Shown in pieces: positions 10,392 to 20,307 of a stretch of 64,000 bases of DNA (its first letter is position 1; every line of letters starts with the position of its first letter). The position numbers and the translations under genes were made by a program. Origin of the DNA: Sedimentisphaerales bacterium (lineage in GTDB: Bacteria > Planctomycetota > Phycisphaerae > Sedimentisphaerales > Anaerobacaceae); the NCBI GenBank assembly GCA_963708075.1, contig OY970194.1, forward strand, positions 2,304,001 through 2,368,000, written 5' to 3'. Below the pieces are notes generated by a model. The model was given only the letters and a program-made list of their open reading frames with translations, ran no database searches and was not told the DNA's origin.

Positions 10392-11591
10392 TTAGTGGCT
10401 GACCAGTTCCCCGAAGATGCCATAGCCCGAGCCGTCCTGGTTCTCGCTGTTCCAAGCCACGACGTACTTGTCGCCTGCCGAGGCCACGTCGGCATACCAC
10501 TGGCGATCCTCCACGAAGGTATTGATCTGGAATTCACCACCGATCAGCTCGCCATTTTTGTTGCACCGCTGCCCGTACACGCCCGAGCAACTGCCGTCCT
10601 GGTTCAGGCTGTCCCACGTGATGAGATATTCTCCGTGCCTGTCGCCTGCAATCCGGGGGTGTCCCTGGTTGCAGTCTCTACGGGTATTCACCATGTAGGG
10701 TTCCGTCACCGCAGTGCCCTCTGAATCGAAATGCTGGGCCACAATGTCGTGAGGGAAAGGCCCCATCGCCCAGGTGACAACGAACTCGCCGGAGTCATCG
10801 ACCGCCACGGACGGCCCATACCAGCGGCTGTTCAAGTCCCCTGTGAGCGGGACCGCCTTGCCGGCGGGCGTGCCGTTGGCTTCGTACCGGCGGAACATGA
10901 TATACTCGCCGTATGGCCGATTGTAGGTATCGCCCATCCGGATCCAGGCGACGACAAACCGCCCGTCCTCGTCCATACCGATGTCCGGCCAGTCCGCATT
11001 CGTGTTGTCACTGATGAGGAAGTCCCCGCTCGACGGCGTACCGTCGGCCCCGAAGACCCTGCCCATCACATTGCTCTTGCCGCTGTAGCAGCCCCCGGAC
11101 CAGTCCGTCCACGCAACGGCAAACCTGCCCGTGGAATCCATGGCGATGCACGGCATGGACTGGCCTGCTCGTGTGGTCGATTCATTGATCCGGAATTCAT
11201 CCGTAATCGCCCGGCCCTGGAGATCGAAAATCCTGCCCAGAAGGTCGCAGTTGCCATTGCCCACGGCCGCCCAGATGACCACGAAATCGCCGCCGGGGCT
11301 GATGGCCACGGCCGGGGTCCAGTTGTCCACATCCACCTGGGAAACATTCACGTTGAATTCCTGGCCCATCGGGGCGCCGTCGGCACCGAAGCAACGAGCG
11401 TACACCCCGCCGCCTCTGCCATCGCCGGGATGGCTGCGCCAGGCCACGACGAAATCACCTTCCTCGTTTATCGCCACGGCCGGATGGGTCTGGCAGTGTG
11501 AGGTGTGATTATTCACCTGAAACTCGGCCCGGCCAGGCCCGACCGATATCAAGAGAAGCACGACTAATGCGCAGAACTTCTCCCTGAACAT
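10392..11591 (-). CDS. Secreted repeat protein (EFQVN-type beta-propeller-like repeats)
   Basis: Signal peptide; about 6 repeats 'EF.VN.....Q..PAVA....G.FVVAW......G....ARRF...G'. Confidence 0.8.
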   Translation of the reverse strand: MFREKFCALVVLLLISVGPGRAEFQVNNHTSHCQTHPAVAINEEGDFVVAWRSHPGDGRGGGVYARCFGADGAPMGQEFNVNVSQVDVDNWTPAVAISPGGDFVVIWAAVGNGNCDLLGRIFDLQGRAITDEFRINESTTRAGQSMPCIAMDSTGRFAVAWTDWSGGCYSGKSNVMGRVFGADGTPSSGDFLISDNTNADWPDIGMDEDGRFVVAWIRMGDTYNRPYGEYIMFRRYEANGTPAGKAVPLTGDLNSRWYGPSVAVDDSGEFVVTWAMGPFPHDIVAQHFDSEGTAVTEPYMVNTRRDCNQGHPRIAGDRHGEYLITWDSLNQDGSCSGVYGQRCNKNGELIGGEFQINTFVEDRQWYADVASAGDKYVVAWNSENQDGSGYGIFGELVSH

Positions 11592-11941
11592 GGTTAAACT
11601 CCTACCCAGGTTCCTTCAAAATGGAATCTCGCCTTTCGTTACGCACGAGTTGTTCGCCAACCCGCTTGGCGCGTCTATTATTACGACGCACGGGTACCGC
11701 CTTTGTTACAGGAAAAATGCCAAAAAGGTGGAGAATTCATGGGGAATGGCTATGAAATGGCCCGTCCAGCAAGGGCAGAGCACTCGTGCCGACAAGCTCA
11801 CGAATCCCGCTCATGGCTGGCGGGTTTCTACCGTCGCGGTATAATGGTGCCTTTGAATTGATGACCAGGGCCGGCCCGCGGCATGGGGAGACAGCCAAGC
11901 CGGGATGGTCTCTGGGACGATATGGCACGGGAGCATACATC

Positions 11942-14065
11942 ATGCGAATACTTGTGGCGATAATGGCGATGGTTTCTGTCGGCTGGTCTGTTGGTGCCGC
12001 CAAATCCGAGCCCATCAAACTGCACCCGGAGAACCCGCATTATTTTCTCTGGCGGGACAAACCAACAATCCTGATCACTTCCACGGAGCACTACGGGGCC
12101 GTGCTGAACCGGGCCTTCGACTACAAACGGTATCTGGCGACCCTCCAGGCGGACGGCCTGAACCTGACGCGGACGTTCAGCGGCGCATACTGCGAGCCTG
12201 TCGGGGCGTTCACGATTGAGCGCAATACCCTGGCGCCCGCACAGAATAGTCTGCTCTGCCCCTGGGCACGCAGTGACACGCCAGGCTATGCCAACGGCGG
12301 CAACAAGTTCGACCTGACGAAATGGGACCCGCAGTACTTCCAGCGGCTGACCGACTTCGTGGCCGAGGCGGACAGACACGGAATCGTCGTCGAGATGGTC
12401 CTGTTCTGTCCTTTCTATGAGGACAGCATGTGGCAACTGAGCCCGATGAACGCGGCGAACAACGTCAATGGGATCGGCCAGCTCGTGCGAACGGATGTCT
12501 ACACGCTCAAGGACAAGGCCCTGCTCGCCGTGCAAGATGCGATGGTGCAACGGGTCGTCGAGGCGTTGAAGGACTTCGACAATTTCTACTACGAAATCTG
12601 CAACGAGCCGTACTTTGGAGGCGTCACCGAGGAGTGGCAGGCTCATATCGCCGAGACAATTGTGAAGACCGAGTCGGGATTCGCGCACAAGCACCTGATC
12701 GCCCAGAACATCGCCAACGGCTCGCAGGAAATCAAGAACGCGAACCCGCACGTCTCCATCTTCAATTTCCACTACGCCAAGCCGCCGGTCGCCGTCATGC
12801 AGAACTACCCTCTGAACAGGGTGATCGGCGATGACGAGACGGGCTTTGCCGGCGACGACCGCGTCAAGCCGTATCGCACAGAAGGCTGGGATTTCATCAT
12901 CGGCGGCGGCGCCGTCTATGACAATCTCGATTACTCCTTCACGGTCGGCCACGAGGATGGGACCGCGGACATCAACGCCCCGGGCGGTAGCGGGCCCGAG
13001 TTGCGAAAGCAACTGCAGATCCTCGCGAAGTTCATTCAAGGCTTCGATTTCCTGCGGATGCGCCCCGACAACTCCGTGATCAAGGACGACTTGCCCAAGG
13101 GCGTCACCGTGCGGGCGCTGGTTGAACCGGGACAGGCGTACGCCATCTACGTGAACGGAAGCGGTCTGACAGCTCTCCCCATCGCCGTGCCTGCCGGGCG
13201 GTACAAGGCCGAATGGTTGAACACAAAGACCGGGGACGTCGAGAAAACCGAGTCCTTCACGAGCGATCGCAGCACGCAGACACTGCAGATTCCAAACTAC
13301 ACGGACGATATCGCCCTTCGGATCGTCGCCGAGAAAAGAGAGCGAGCGGGTCTGATATTCAGCAGCGATTTCGAGGACGGCAGGTTGAAAGGCTGGCGAC
13401 CCGCGGGCAACTCGCCCACTGTCACGCGCGATGTTGCCCGCCGGGGCCGATATGCCTTGAAGACCTCTCTGGACAGGCGCAAAGATGCCGTTTCGTATCG
13501 AACCGAGGTCACCGGGCCCGAGGCCGATATCGGCAAGGAGTACTGGTATGGTTTCAGTATCTTCCTGCCGGACGACTATGTGCCCGACAAGATCTGGGAA
13601 ATCGTCGCACAGTGGAATTGCATCCCGGATTACGACGTAGGCGAGAAGTGGCGCAATCCCGTGCTGGCTCTGTTCACCACCGGCGGGCGATGGAGCTGGG
13701 TCACGCGCTGGGACGCCAAACGAAACACCTTCGCCAGCGGCAAGCGCGAGTACGGCGGTGAGCGAGAATACGACCTCGGCCCCTACCAGAGAAACTGCTG
13801 GACTGACTGGGTCGTGCACGTGAAATGGTCGTATCAATCGGACGGCATCCTGCAGGTGTGGAAGAACGGCGAGAAGCTGGTCGATCAGAACGGTCCGAAC
13901 GCCTTCAACGACGCCCACGGCCCAATCTTCAAAATGGGCCTGTACAAAGGCTGGCACAAGCCCCCGACACAACCCGACACCGTCAGTCGCCGAGTCCTCT
14001 ACCACGACGAATTCCGCATGGCCGGCGCCGGCGCCACCTACCAGGACGTCGCCCCAGGATCGTAG
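11942..14065 (+). CDS. Secreted GH5-like glycoside hydrolase fused to a polysaccharide-lyase-like domain
   Basis: Signal peptide; clan GH-A-like 'EICNEP' and 'GDDETG'; C-terminal 'SSDFEDG...YRTEV...EYWYGFSIFLP...IVAQW...W.DWVVHVKWS...G.LQVWKNG...FKMGLYK' (Polysacc_lyase/heparin lyase I-like). Confidence 0.75.
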   Translation: MRILVAIMAMVSVGWSVGAAKSEPIKLHPENPHYFLWRDKPTILITSTEHYGAVLNRAFDYKRYLATLQADGLNLTRTFSGAYCEPVGAFTIERNTLAPAQNSLLCPWARSDTPGYANGGNKFDLTKWDPQYFQRLTDFVAEADRHGIVVEMVLFCPFYEDSMWQLSPMNAANNVNGIGQLVRTDVYTLKDKALLAVQDAMVQRVVEALKDFDNFYYEICNEPYFGGVTEEWQAHIAETIVKTESGFAHKHLIAQNIANGSQEIKNANPHVSIFNFHYAKPPVAVMQNYPLNRVIGDDETGFAGDDRVKPYRTEGWDFIIGGGAVYDNLDYSFTVGHEDGTADINAPGGSGPELRKQLQILAKFIQGFDFLRMRPDNSVIKDDLPKGVTVRALVEPGQAYAIYVNGSGLTALPIAVPAGRYKAEWLNTKTGDVEKTESFTSDRSTQTLQIPNYTDDIALRIVAEKRERAGLIFSSDFEDGRLKGWRPAGNSPTVTRDVARRGRYALKTSLDRRKDAVSYRTEVTGPEADIGKEYWYGFSIFLPDDYVPDKIWEIVAQWNCIPDYDVGEKWRNPVLALFTTGGRWSWVTRWDAKRNTFASGKREYGGEREYDLGPYQRNCWTDWVVHVKWSYQSDGILQVWKNGEKLVDQNGPNAFNDAHGPIFKMGLYKGWHKPPTQPDTVSRRVLYHDEFRMAGAGATYQDVAPGS

Positions 14066-14106
14066 GAGCCTGCGAGCACGATCCCTCGCCTTTGAGCCGG
14101 CTGCAT

Positions 14107-14135
14107 TGACAAAGGTGACGGTTCCTGATACCTTT
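14107..14135 (+). promoter_or_regulatory. sigma70 promoter upstream of the GT9 gene
   Basis: TTGACA-17 nt-TACCTT. Confidence 0.55.
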
Positions 14136-14216
14136 GGGGTTAGAACCGGTTAGCGCTGAGACAACGATGACGCGGGCTGTTCGGGCAAGGCTCGCCATGG
14201 AGTGGAATCATTGACG

Positions 14217-15275
14217 ATGCAGACAGAAGGCGACATTCTGGCGTTGTTGGAGGCGAAGGGAGCGCAGGTGGCGAAGGAAACACAGCGGGCCGTCATCCTC
14301 CAGCCCGGAGCGCTGGGCGATTGCATCCTGACGTTGCCGCTGGTCAAGATTCTGAAGGAGGGGTTGAATCTCGGCGGAGTCGATATTATCGGCCACACGG
14401 AGTACATCGGGATCTTCCCCGGCCGCACTTGTGCAGATGGTGTCCGCTCCATCGACTCGACGGAGCTGCACCGGATGTTCATCGAGCCGGCCAAGTTCGA
14501 CCTGGCCGACTGGGATCCGCTGATCAACACGTTTGCCGCCTACTCCTGGATCGTGACGTTCCTGGGCGAGCCGGGCAGCGATTTCGAGCAGAACCTGATC
14601 TTCACCGCCAATTGCAGCCACAGCGCGGAAATCGTCACGCTGTCCATGAAACCATCTGAGGACGGTAAGGTTCACATCGCGGAATCCTACGTGCAGCAGT
14701 TGGCGGGGCAAAGCGGCCTGCCCCCCGAGCAGGCGAAAGTGCCCATGGACAAAGTCCTGATCCGCGTCACTGAGGCCGATCGCGATACCGGCGTCGAATT
14801 ACTCGACCAGGTGGAGATCGATCTGTCCAAGAAACTGGTCGTCATCCATCCGGGCAGCGGAGGGCAACGCAAATGCTGGCACCTGGAGAACTTCATCGGC
14901 GTGGCGCAGGGTCTTCGCACGGCGGGGTTTGAGGTCCTGTTCCTGCTCGGCCCGGCGGAGATGGAGAGATTGCGCCCGGCCGAAGAGGCAAAGCTCTACG
15001 GCACCGCCCGATGCGTGGGCCACCTGTCGCTGGCCCAGGTTGTCGGGCTCCTCAGTTGCGCAGATGCCTTCATCGGCAACGACAGCGGAGTCAGCCATCT
15101 TGCCGCGGGAGTAGGCTTGAGGACCTATGCCCTGTTTGGCCCCACCGACCCGGCCCTGTACAGGCCCGTGGGCCCGGCGGTAACGGTATTCCAGGATGCG
15201 CAGGAGTCGTTTGCCGAGAAACCCTCGCCCGACCTCCAGAAGCAAGTCCTCGACACCGTAGCGGCCATCGCATGA
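14217..15275 (+). CDS. Glycosyltransferase family 9 (heptosyltransferase-like)
   Basis: GALGDCILTLP, HPGSG...KCW, IGNDSGVSHLAA, LFGPTDP. Confidence 0.88.
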   Translation: MQTEGDILALLEAKGAQVAKETQRAVILQPGALGDCILTLPLVKILKEGLNLGGVDIIGHTEYIGIFPGRTCADGVRSIDSTELHRMFIEPAKFDLADWDPLINTFAAYSWIVTFLGEPGSDFEQNLIFTANCSHSAEIVTLSMKPSEDGKVHIAESYVQQLAGQSGLPPEQAKVPMDKVLIRVTEADRDTGVELLDQVEIDLSKKLVVIHPGSGGQRKCWHLENFIGVAQGLRTAGFEVLFLLGPAEMERLRPAEEAKLYGTARCVGHLSLAQVVGLLSCADAFIGNDSGVSHLAAGVGLRTYALFGPTDPALYRPVGPAVTVFQDAQESFAEKPSPDLQKQVLDTVAAIA

Positions 15276-15330
15276 GGCCGTTTGCATATGATCAGGGCGA
15301 ATGCAAAGTCGTTGGATTGCAGTGCCCTGG

Positions 15331-15410
15331 ATGTCATTGCGAGCGGAGCGAAGCAGTCTCCCATGCCGGGAGTTGAGATTGCTTCGTCGCTGCGCTCCTC
15401 GCAATGACAT
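15331..15410. repeat. REP-like palindrome, family C (GTCATTGCGAG...CGAAGCA.TCTC / GAGATTGCTTCG...CTCGCAATGAC)
   Basis: 13-bp perfect terminal inverted repeat ATGTCATTGCGAG/CTCGCAATGACAT plus an inner IR. Confidence 0.85.
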
Positions 15411-15520
15411 AAATGTGATTTGCCGAGCGACCTTGCGTTTACCCTGTGTGTATGAGCCGGGTGGGTTGACCCCATCACCGCTCCGGATAGAATTACCCCT
15501 TTGGCATTGTTGGACACTTG

Positions 15521-16609
15521 ATGAACCGGGAAAGCACTGTCATGCAGGAACGAACGCTTGGCGAGTTAGCCGAGTATGTGGGCGGTCAGGTCCGCGGCGA
15601 CCCAAAGATCGTGATCCGGGCGGCGGCCACGCTGGGATGCGCCCGCGAAGGGGAAATCAGCTTCCTCACGAACCGCAAATATGAGCGGCAGCTTCTGACC
15701 ACCAAGGCCAGCGCGGTAATCATGGCCCGGGCCGTGGATGCGCCGGTCGCGCTGCTCATTGCCGAAGACCCCTACTACGCCTTCACGCAAGTCATGGTGC
15801 TCCTGCACGGCCACCGCAGGCACAAGGAGACGGGCATCAGTCCGCAGGCATTCATCTCCGACACCGCCGTGCTCGGCGAGGGCTGCCACGTGCACCAGTT
15901 CGCCACAATCTCCGACAACGTCCAGATCGGGCAGCGATGCATTATCTATCCGTGCGCCTGCATCGGCGAAGGCGTGACCATCGGCAACGACTGCATCATC
16001 TACCCGAGCGTGGCCATCTACGAGCGATGCAGGATCGGTCATCGCGTCATCATCAACGCCGGTTCTGCGATTGGCACGGATGGCTTCGGCTACGCCACGC
16101 ATGAAGGCGTGCACTACAAGATCCCTCAGATTGGCGGCGTCGTGATCGAGGATGACGTGGAGATCGGGAGCTGCTGCGGCATCGAACGAGGGACGCTCGA
16201 CGACACAGTCATCGGACAGGGCAGCAAGCTCGGCGATCTGGTGACAATAGGACACGGCACGAAGATCGGCCCCCACTGTCTGCTCGTCGCCCAGGTGGGC
16301 ATTGCCGGCTCGGCCACGCTCGGCCATCACTGCGTCGTCGGCGGCCAGGCCGGCGTCGTCGGCCATATCACCATCGGCAATAATGTGACAATCGGCGGCC
16401 GGGCGGGAGTGATCAACAGCGTTCCTGACGGCCAGACGGTGCTGGGGGCTCCCGCCATCGAGGCCGACGAGGCCCGGCGGGCATATGCGATGCTCCCCTA
16501 CCTGCCTCAGATGCGACAGGACATCCGCGAGCTTCAGAAGCGGCTGCGCAAGATTCCTGGCTTGACTGAGCCCGGCTCTGACGATTCGAAGGACAAGGCG
16601 CGGGGATGA
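15521..16609 (+). CDS. lpxD: UDP-3-O-acylglucosamine N-acyltransferase
   Basis: N-terminal uridine-binding domain (GEISFL.N.KY), hexapeptide repeats, GTDGFGY, IPQIGGV.IEDDVEIG. Confidence 0.95.
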   Translation: MNRESTVMQERTLGELAEYVGGQVRGDPKIVIRAAATLGCAREGEISFLTNRKYERQLLTTKASAVIMARAVDAPVALLIAEDPYYAFTQVMVLLHGHRRHKETGISPQAFISDTAVLGEGCHVHQFATISDNVQIGQRCIIYPCACIGEGVTIGNDCIIYPSVAIYERCRIGHRVIINAGSAIGTDGFGYATHEGVHYKIPQIGGVVIEDDVEIGSCCGIERGTLDDTVIGQGSKLGDLVTIGHGTKIGPHCLLVAQVGIAGSATLGHHCVVGGQAGVVGHITIGNNVTIGGRAGVINSVPDGQTVLGAPAIEADEARRAYAMLPYLPQMRQDIRELQKRLRKIPGLTEPGSDDSKDKARG

Positions 16610-16620
16610 TGGGTCATGCG

Positions 16621-17457
16621 ATGAGTGAATCGAACGCAGTAGGACTGATCGCCGGCGGCGGGCGGCTGCCCTCGATGGTGGCCGCGGGCGCCAGAAAGGC
16701 GGGATGCAGAGTAATCTGCGTCGGGCTGGCGGGTTATGTCGAGCCTGCCCTGGCGGGCGAGGTGGACGTATTCTATGAAGCCGCCGTGGCCCGTCCTGGA
16801 AGCTGGATACGCAAGCTCCGCAAGCACGGTGTGACCCGCGCGATCATGGTCGGACGCGTGACGAAATCGCACCTGTTTACACCGTGGCGAATTCTGCAAT
16901 ACCTGCCCGACTGGCGCGCCTTTCGGATCTACTACTGGCGTCTTCGCGGCAGGGACAAACTCACCGATACCCTTCTATCAGCCCTGGCGGACGAGTTGGC
17001 CAGCGGCGACATTACCCTGGAGAACTCTATTATGTACTGCCGGGAGCACCTTGCTGATGCGGGAGTGATGACCGCACGAAAGCCAACGTCGCGGGTGGAA
17101 GAGGATGTGGCGTTCGGATGGCCCCTGGCGAAGAAGCTGGGCGAGTTCGATATCGGGCAGGCGATCGCGGTGCGGGAGCGCGAGGTGATCGCGGTGGAGG
17201 CGATCGAGGGCACGGCGGAGATGATCAAGCGGGCCGGCCGATACTGCAAGGCGGGCGGCTGGACACTCATTAAGACCGCCAAGCCGCAACAGGACATGCG
17301 ATTCGACGTGCCCTGCGTCGGGCCGGAAACCATCCGCGACCTGGCGGAAAACGGCGGCACATGCCTGGTCATCGAGGCACGCAAAACGATCATCATCGAT
17401 AAGCCCAAGACCCTGGAACTTGCCGATGAGTTGGGAATATGCATCCTCGGACGCTGA
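16621..17457 (+). CDS. lpxI: UDP-2,3-diacylglucosamine diphosphatase LpxI family
   Basis: GLIAGGGRLP, DIGQA, VEAIEGT, KTAKPQQDMRFDVPCVG. Confidence 0.92.
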   Translation: MSESNAVGLIAGGGRLPSMVAAGARKAGCRVICVGLAGYVEPALAGEVDVFYEAAVARPGSWIRKLRKHGVTRAIMVGRVTKSHLFTPWRILQYLPDWRAFRIYYWRLRGRDKLTDTLLSALADELASGDITLENSIMYCREHLADAGVMTARKPTSRVEEDVAFGWPLAKKLGEFDIGQAIAVREREVIAVEAIEGTAEMIKRAGRYCKAGGWTLIKTAKPQQDMRFDVPCVGPETIRDLAENGGTCLVIEARKTIIIDKPKTLELADELGICILGR

Positions 17458-17467
17458 TCGAAAGTGT

Positions 17468-17497
17468 TTGACAGCACCTTTCGGAAACTGCTATAGT
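17468..17497 (+). promoter_or_regulatory. sigma70 promoter of tRNA-Lys
   Basis: TTGACA-18 nt-TATAGT with TGn extension, 20 nt upstream of the tRNA. Confidence 0.75.
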
Positions 17498-17517
17498 AGA
17501 GCGAATTATCGACGTTC

Positions 17518-17590
17518 GGGAGTGTAGCTCAGTAGGCAGAGCAACGCACTTTTAATGCGTAGGTCCTGGGTTCGAATCCCAGCACTCTCA
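17518..17590 (+). tRNA. tRNA-Lys (anticodon TTT)
   Basis: GGGAGTG TA GCTC AGTAGGCA GAGC A ACGCA CTTTTAA TGCGT AGGTC CTGGG TTCGAAT CCCAG CACTCTC A. Confidence 0.96.
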
Positions 17591-17750
17591 GTCTGTAAGC
17601 TGTGCAATGGGCGAGACTTACGCGCAACCATCGCTATCTCATGAGACAGAAAGACTGGCCTTGAGCGGGCTACATGTGTATACTGTCCGGGCTGGTAGGC
17701 ACCGATAGGGTGGTTTCGTCGCACAAGACAGGCATGAAGAAGGGGCCGAT

Positions 17751-19118
17751 ATGAAAGTCGCGAAGTTCGGTGGGACCTCTCTGGCCGACGCCAGGCAGAT
17801 CCTGAAGGTTGTCAACATCGTCAAGTCGGACAGTGCCCGGCGGATCGTAGTCGTTTCCGCCCCGGGCAAGCGCAACCCGACCGATATCAAGGTCACGGAC
17901 CTGCTCATCGCGCTGGCCAGAGCGGTGCTGGCCGGCAACCCCTTCGAGAATGAACTGGCGGCAGTGACGCAGCGATACGCGGAGATTCAGCAGGAGTTGG
18001 GTGTGGATGCGAGCATCGTCAAGGAGATCGAGGACGACCTTCGCTGTCGCATTCGCGGCCGGGGAGACCATGAGGCACAGTTCATCGACACGATAAAGGC
18101 TGCCGGCGAGGACAACTGCGCCAAGCTCGTTGCCCGCGTCTTCGTCCAGCAGGGTATCCCGGCTCGGTACGTGGACCCGCGCGACGCAGGCATGCTTCTC
18201 AGCGAGGATTTCGGGAACGCCCAAGTGCTGCCCGAGTCCTACTCGCGCCTGGCGACGCTGAAGGACGCGAAAGACCTGGTCATCTTCCCCGGGTTTTTCG
18301 GATATACCACGAAGGGCCAGGTGGTAACGTTCCCCCGCGGCGGGTCCGACATCACCGGGTCCATCCTGGCGGCGGCGGTTCGGGCGGAGGTGTATGAGAA
18401 CTTCACGGATGTCGATTCCGTGTTCGCCATCGACCCTCGCATCATACCGGACGGCCGGCCCATCCCCGTGCTGACCTACCGTGAGATGCGCGAGTTGGCC
18501 TACGCCGGATTTGGCGTCTTCCACGACGAGGCCGTCGTGCCCGCGATCCAGGCCAAGGTCCCCATCTGCATCAAGAACACGAATCGGCCGGAGGCGCCCG
18601 GCACAATGATCGTGCCCGAGCGAAAATATCAACACGGCGAGGTGGTCGGCATCGCCAGCGCCAGCGGATTCAGCACGATCTACCTGAGCAAGTACATGAT
18701 GAACCGCGAGGTGGGATTCGGCCGGCATCTGCTCCACATTCTCGAAGAGGAACAGCTCTCCTTCGAGCATGTCCCCTCCGGAATCGACAGTATGTCGGTC
18801 ATTCTCCGCAGCGCGCCGTTGACCAAGCATAAGGAGCAGCACGTCCTGAGACGGATCAAAGAGGAACTGCAGCCGGACGACGTGACCATCGAGCATGGCC
18901 TGGCATTGATCATGGTCGTGGGAGAGGGTATGCGGTATGCGGTCGGCGTAGCCTCCACGGCCTGTGCCGCCCTGGCGGAAAAGGGCGTGAATATTGAGAT
19001 GATCAACCAGGGCTCGTCCGAGATCAGCATCATGTTCGGCGTGAAAGAGACGGACCGCAAAGCCGCCGTCCAAGCCCTGGGCCGGGTCCTCATCCCTCAT
19101 CAGGAACCTGCCAAATAA
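17751..19118 (+). CDS. lysC: Aspartate kinase (YclM-like, C-terminal ACT domains)
   Basis: KFGGTSLAD, VVVSAPGK, RGGSDITG, TDVD, INQGSSEIS. Confidence 0.93.
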   Translation: MKVAKFGGTSLADARQILKVVNIVKSDSARRIVVVSAPGKRNPTDIKVTDLLIALARAVLAGNPFENELAAVTQRYAEIQQELGVDASIVKEIEDDLRCRIRGRGDHEAQFIDTIKAAGEDNCAKLVARVFVQQGIPARYVDPRDAGMLLSEDFGNAQVLPESYSRLATLKDAKDLVIFPGFFGYTTKGQVVTFPRGGSDITGSILAAAVRAEVYENFTDVDSVFAIDPRIIPDGRPIPVLTYREMRELAYAGFGVFHDEAVVPAIQAKVPICIKNTNRPEAPGTMIVPERKYQHGEVVGIASASGFSTIYLSKYMMNREVGFGRHLLHILEEEQLSFEHVPSGIDSMSVILRSAPLTKHKEQHVLRRIKEELQPDDVTIEHGLALIMVVGEGMRYAVGVASTACAALAEKGVNIEMINQGSSEISIMFGVKETDRKAAVQALGRVLIPHQEPAK

Positions 19119-19204
19119 CCTGACTCGGAGCAGACGGTCCAGCCCATTCTGAAACCTGATTGAGACGTATGCAATACTCCCCGCGGGTGGCACCGCCAAA
19201 CGCG

Positions 19205-19363
19205 TTGGGTTCGTCCCAAGTTGTTGAGTCTTGGGTGGCAGCGTCAAGCGCAGCTTGGCGATGGTCTTGCCCATTCGCCATCGCCAAGGCCTTCGGCCTT
19301 GACGCTGCCACCCGACTGCGCAGCCTGTACAGGCTCGATCTCAAGGATTTGGGACGAACCCAA
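19205..19363. repeat. Composite palindromic element: family A REP inside 15-bp terminal inverted repeats (MITE-like)
   Basis: TTGGGTTCGTCCCAA (19205-19) / TTGGGACGAACCCAA (19349-63) enclose GGGTGGCAGCGTCAAG...CTTGACGCTGCCACCC (19233-19313). Confidence 0.8.
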
Positions 19364-19639
19364 CTCGTTTGACGGTGCTCATTCGACTGAGTCTGTCCAA
19401 TCGAGACCCCACGGGCAAACGAGTCTGCTCGTGCCATCCATTCTATGCTCGGGAAGACTGCCACAGGACGGACGCGACTGAGCCATGCTCCGCATGACCG
19501 TTACTCCCTGCCGCGATGTTGCCTTTATCTATGGACAGGATAGAATAGGGTCCGGGCGCCGAGAGGCGAGCGGATGAGCTCGTCTGCAGGTGCGACCCGG
19601 CGATGATGAAGTCGTGAACCCGTGAAAGGAGCAATAGAA

Positions 19640-20281
19640 ATGGCGTACGCAGAACGATTCAGCCGACAGACCCCGGTTAGGCCGGCACTGGCCCTGATGT
19701 CGTTAACGCTCATGGCCGCCATGGCCGGATGCGGGCCGAAGGCGTGGCGAGGCGGTCCCGGAACGGAACACCCGCAACTCGATGAACCTGCGATGAGCGT
19801 CACGCTCGACCGCCGGGACATCGAGTACCTCGTTTCCGAGAACATCAAGGCCTTTCAACAGTCGGCGATCTGGAGCGAGACGATCATTAAGGCGGATGCC
19901 CCGCCGTTCGTGGCGATCTGGCCGATTCAAAATGCGACGACACAGCACATCGAGGACCAGGCGAGCGCCATCCTGTCCTCCATCGAGACGCACCTGGTCA
20001 ACTCCGGCCGGGTACGCATGGTGAGCCGCGAGCGGCAGGCGGAACTGGTCAGCGAGCTGCGGCTGCGCCAGAGCGACATCTACGACCCGGCGACCGCCGG
20101 CAAGCTCGGCCGCCAGTTGGGAGCACAGTACTTCGTCACGGGCAGAATCACCTCCGTGGATGAGCGATTCAAAGGCACGCACCGGCTACAGTACAGCCTC
20201 ATCCTCCAGGTCATCGAGGTGGAGACCGGCCTGATCCGATTCCAGAACGAAGCGATCCGCAGCAAGGCGCTGAGCCGCTGA
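19640..20281 (+). CDS. LpoB/CsgG-like lipoprotein
   Basis: Lipobox MAGC; I.N.T.QHI, GKLGRQLGAQYFVTG.I, LQVIEVETG. Confidence 0.78.
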   Translation: MAYAERFSRQTPVRPALALMSLTLMAAMAGCGPKAWRGGPGTEHPQLDEPAMSVTLDRRDIEYLVSENIKAFQQSAIWSETIIKADAPPFVAIWPIQNATTQHIEDQASAILSSIETHLVNSGRVRMVSRERQAELVSELRLRQSDIYDPATAGKLGRQLGAQYFVTGRITSVDERFKGTHRLQYSLILQVIEVETGLIRFQNEAIRSKALSR

Positions 20282-20307
20282 TCCGGCAAACGCGGGGGTG
20301 CTGCGGC

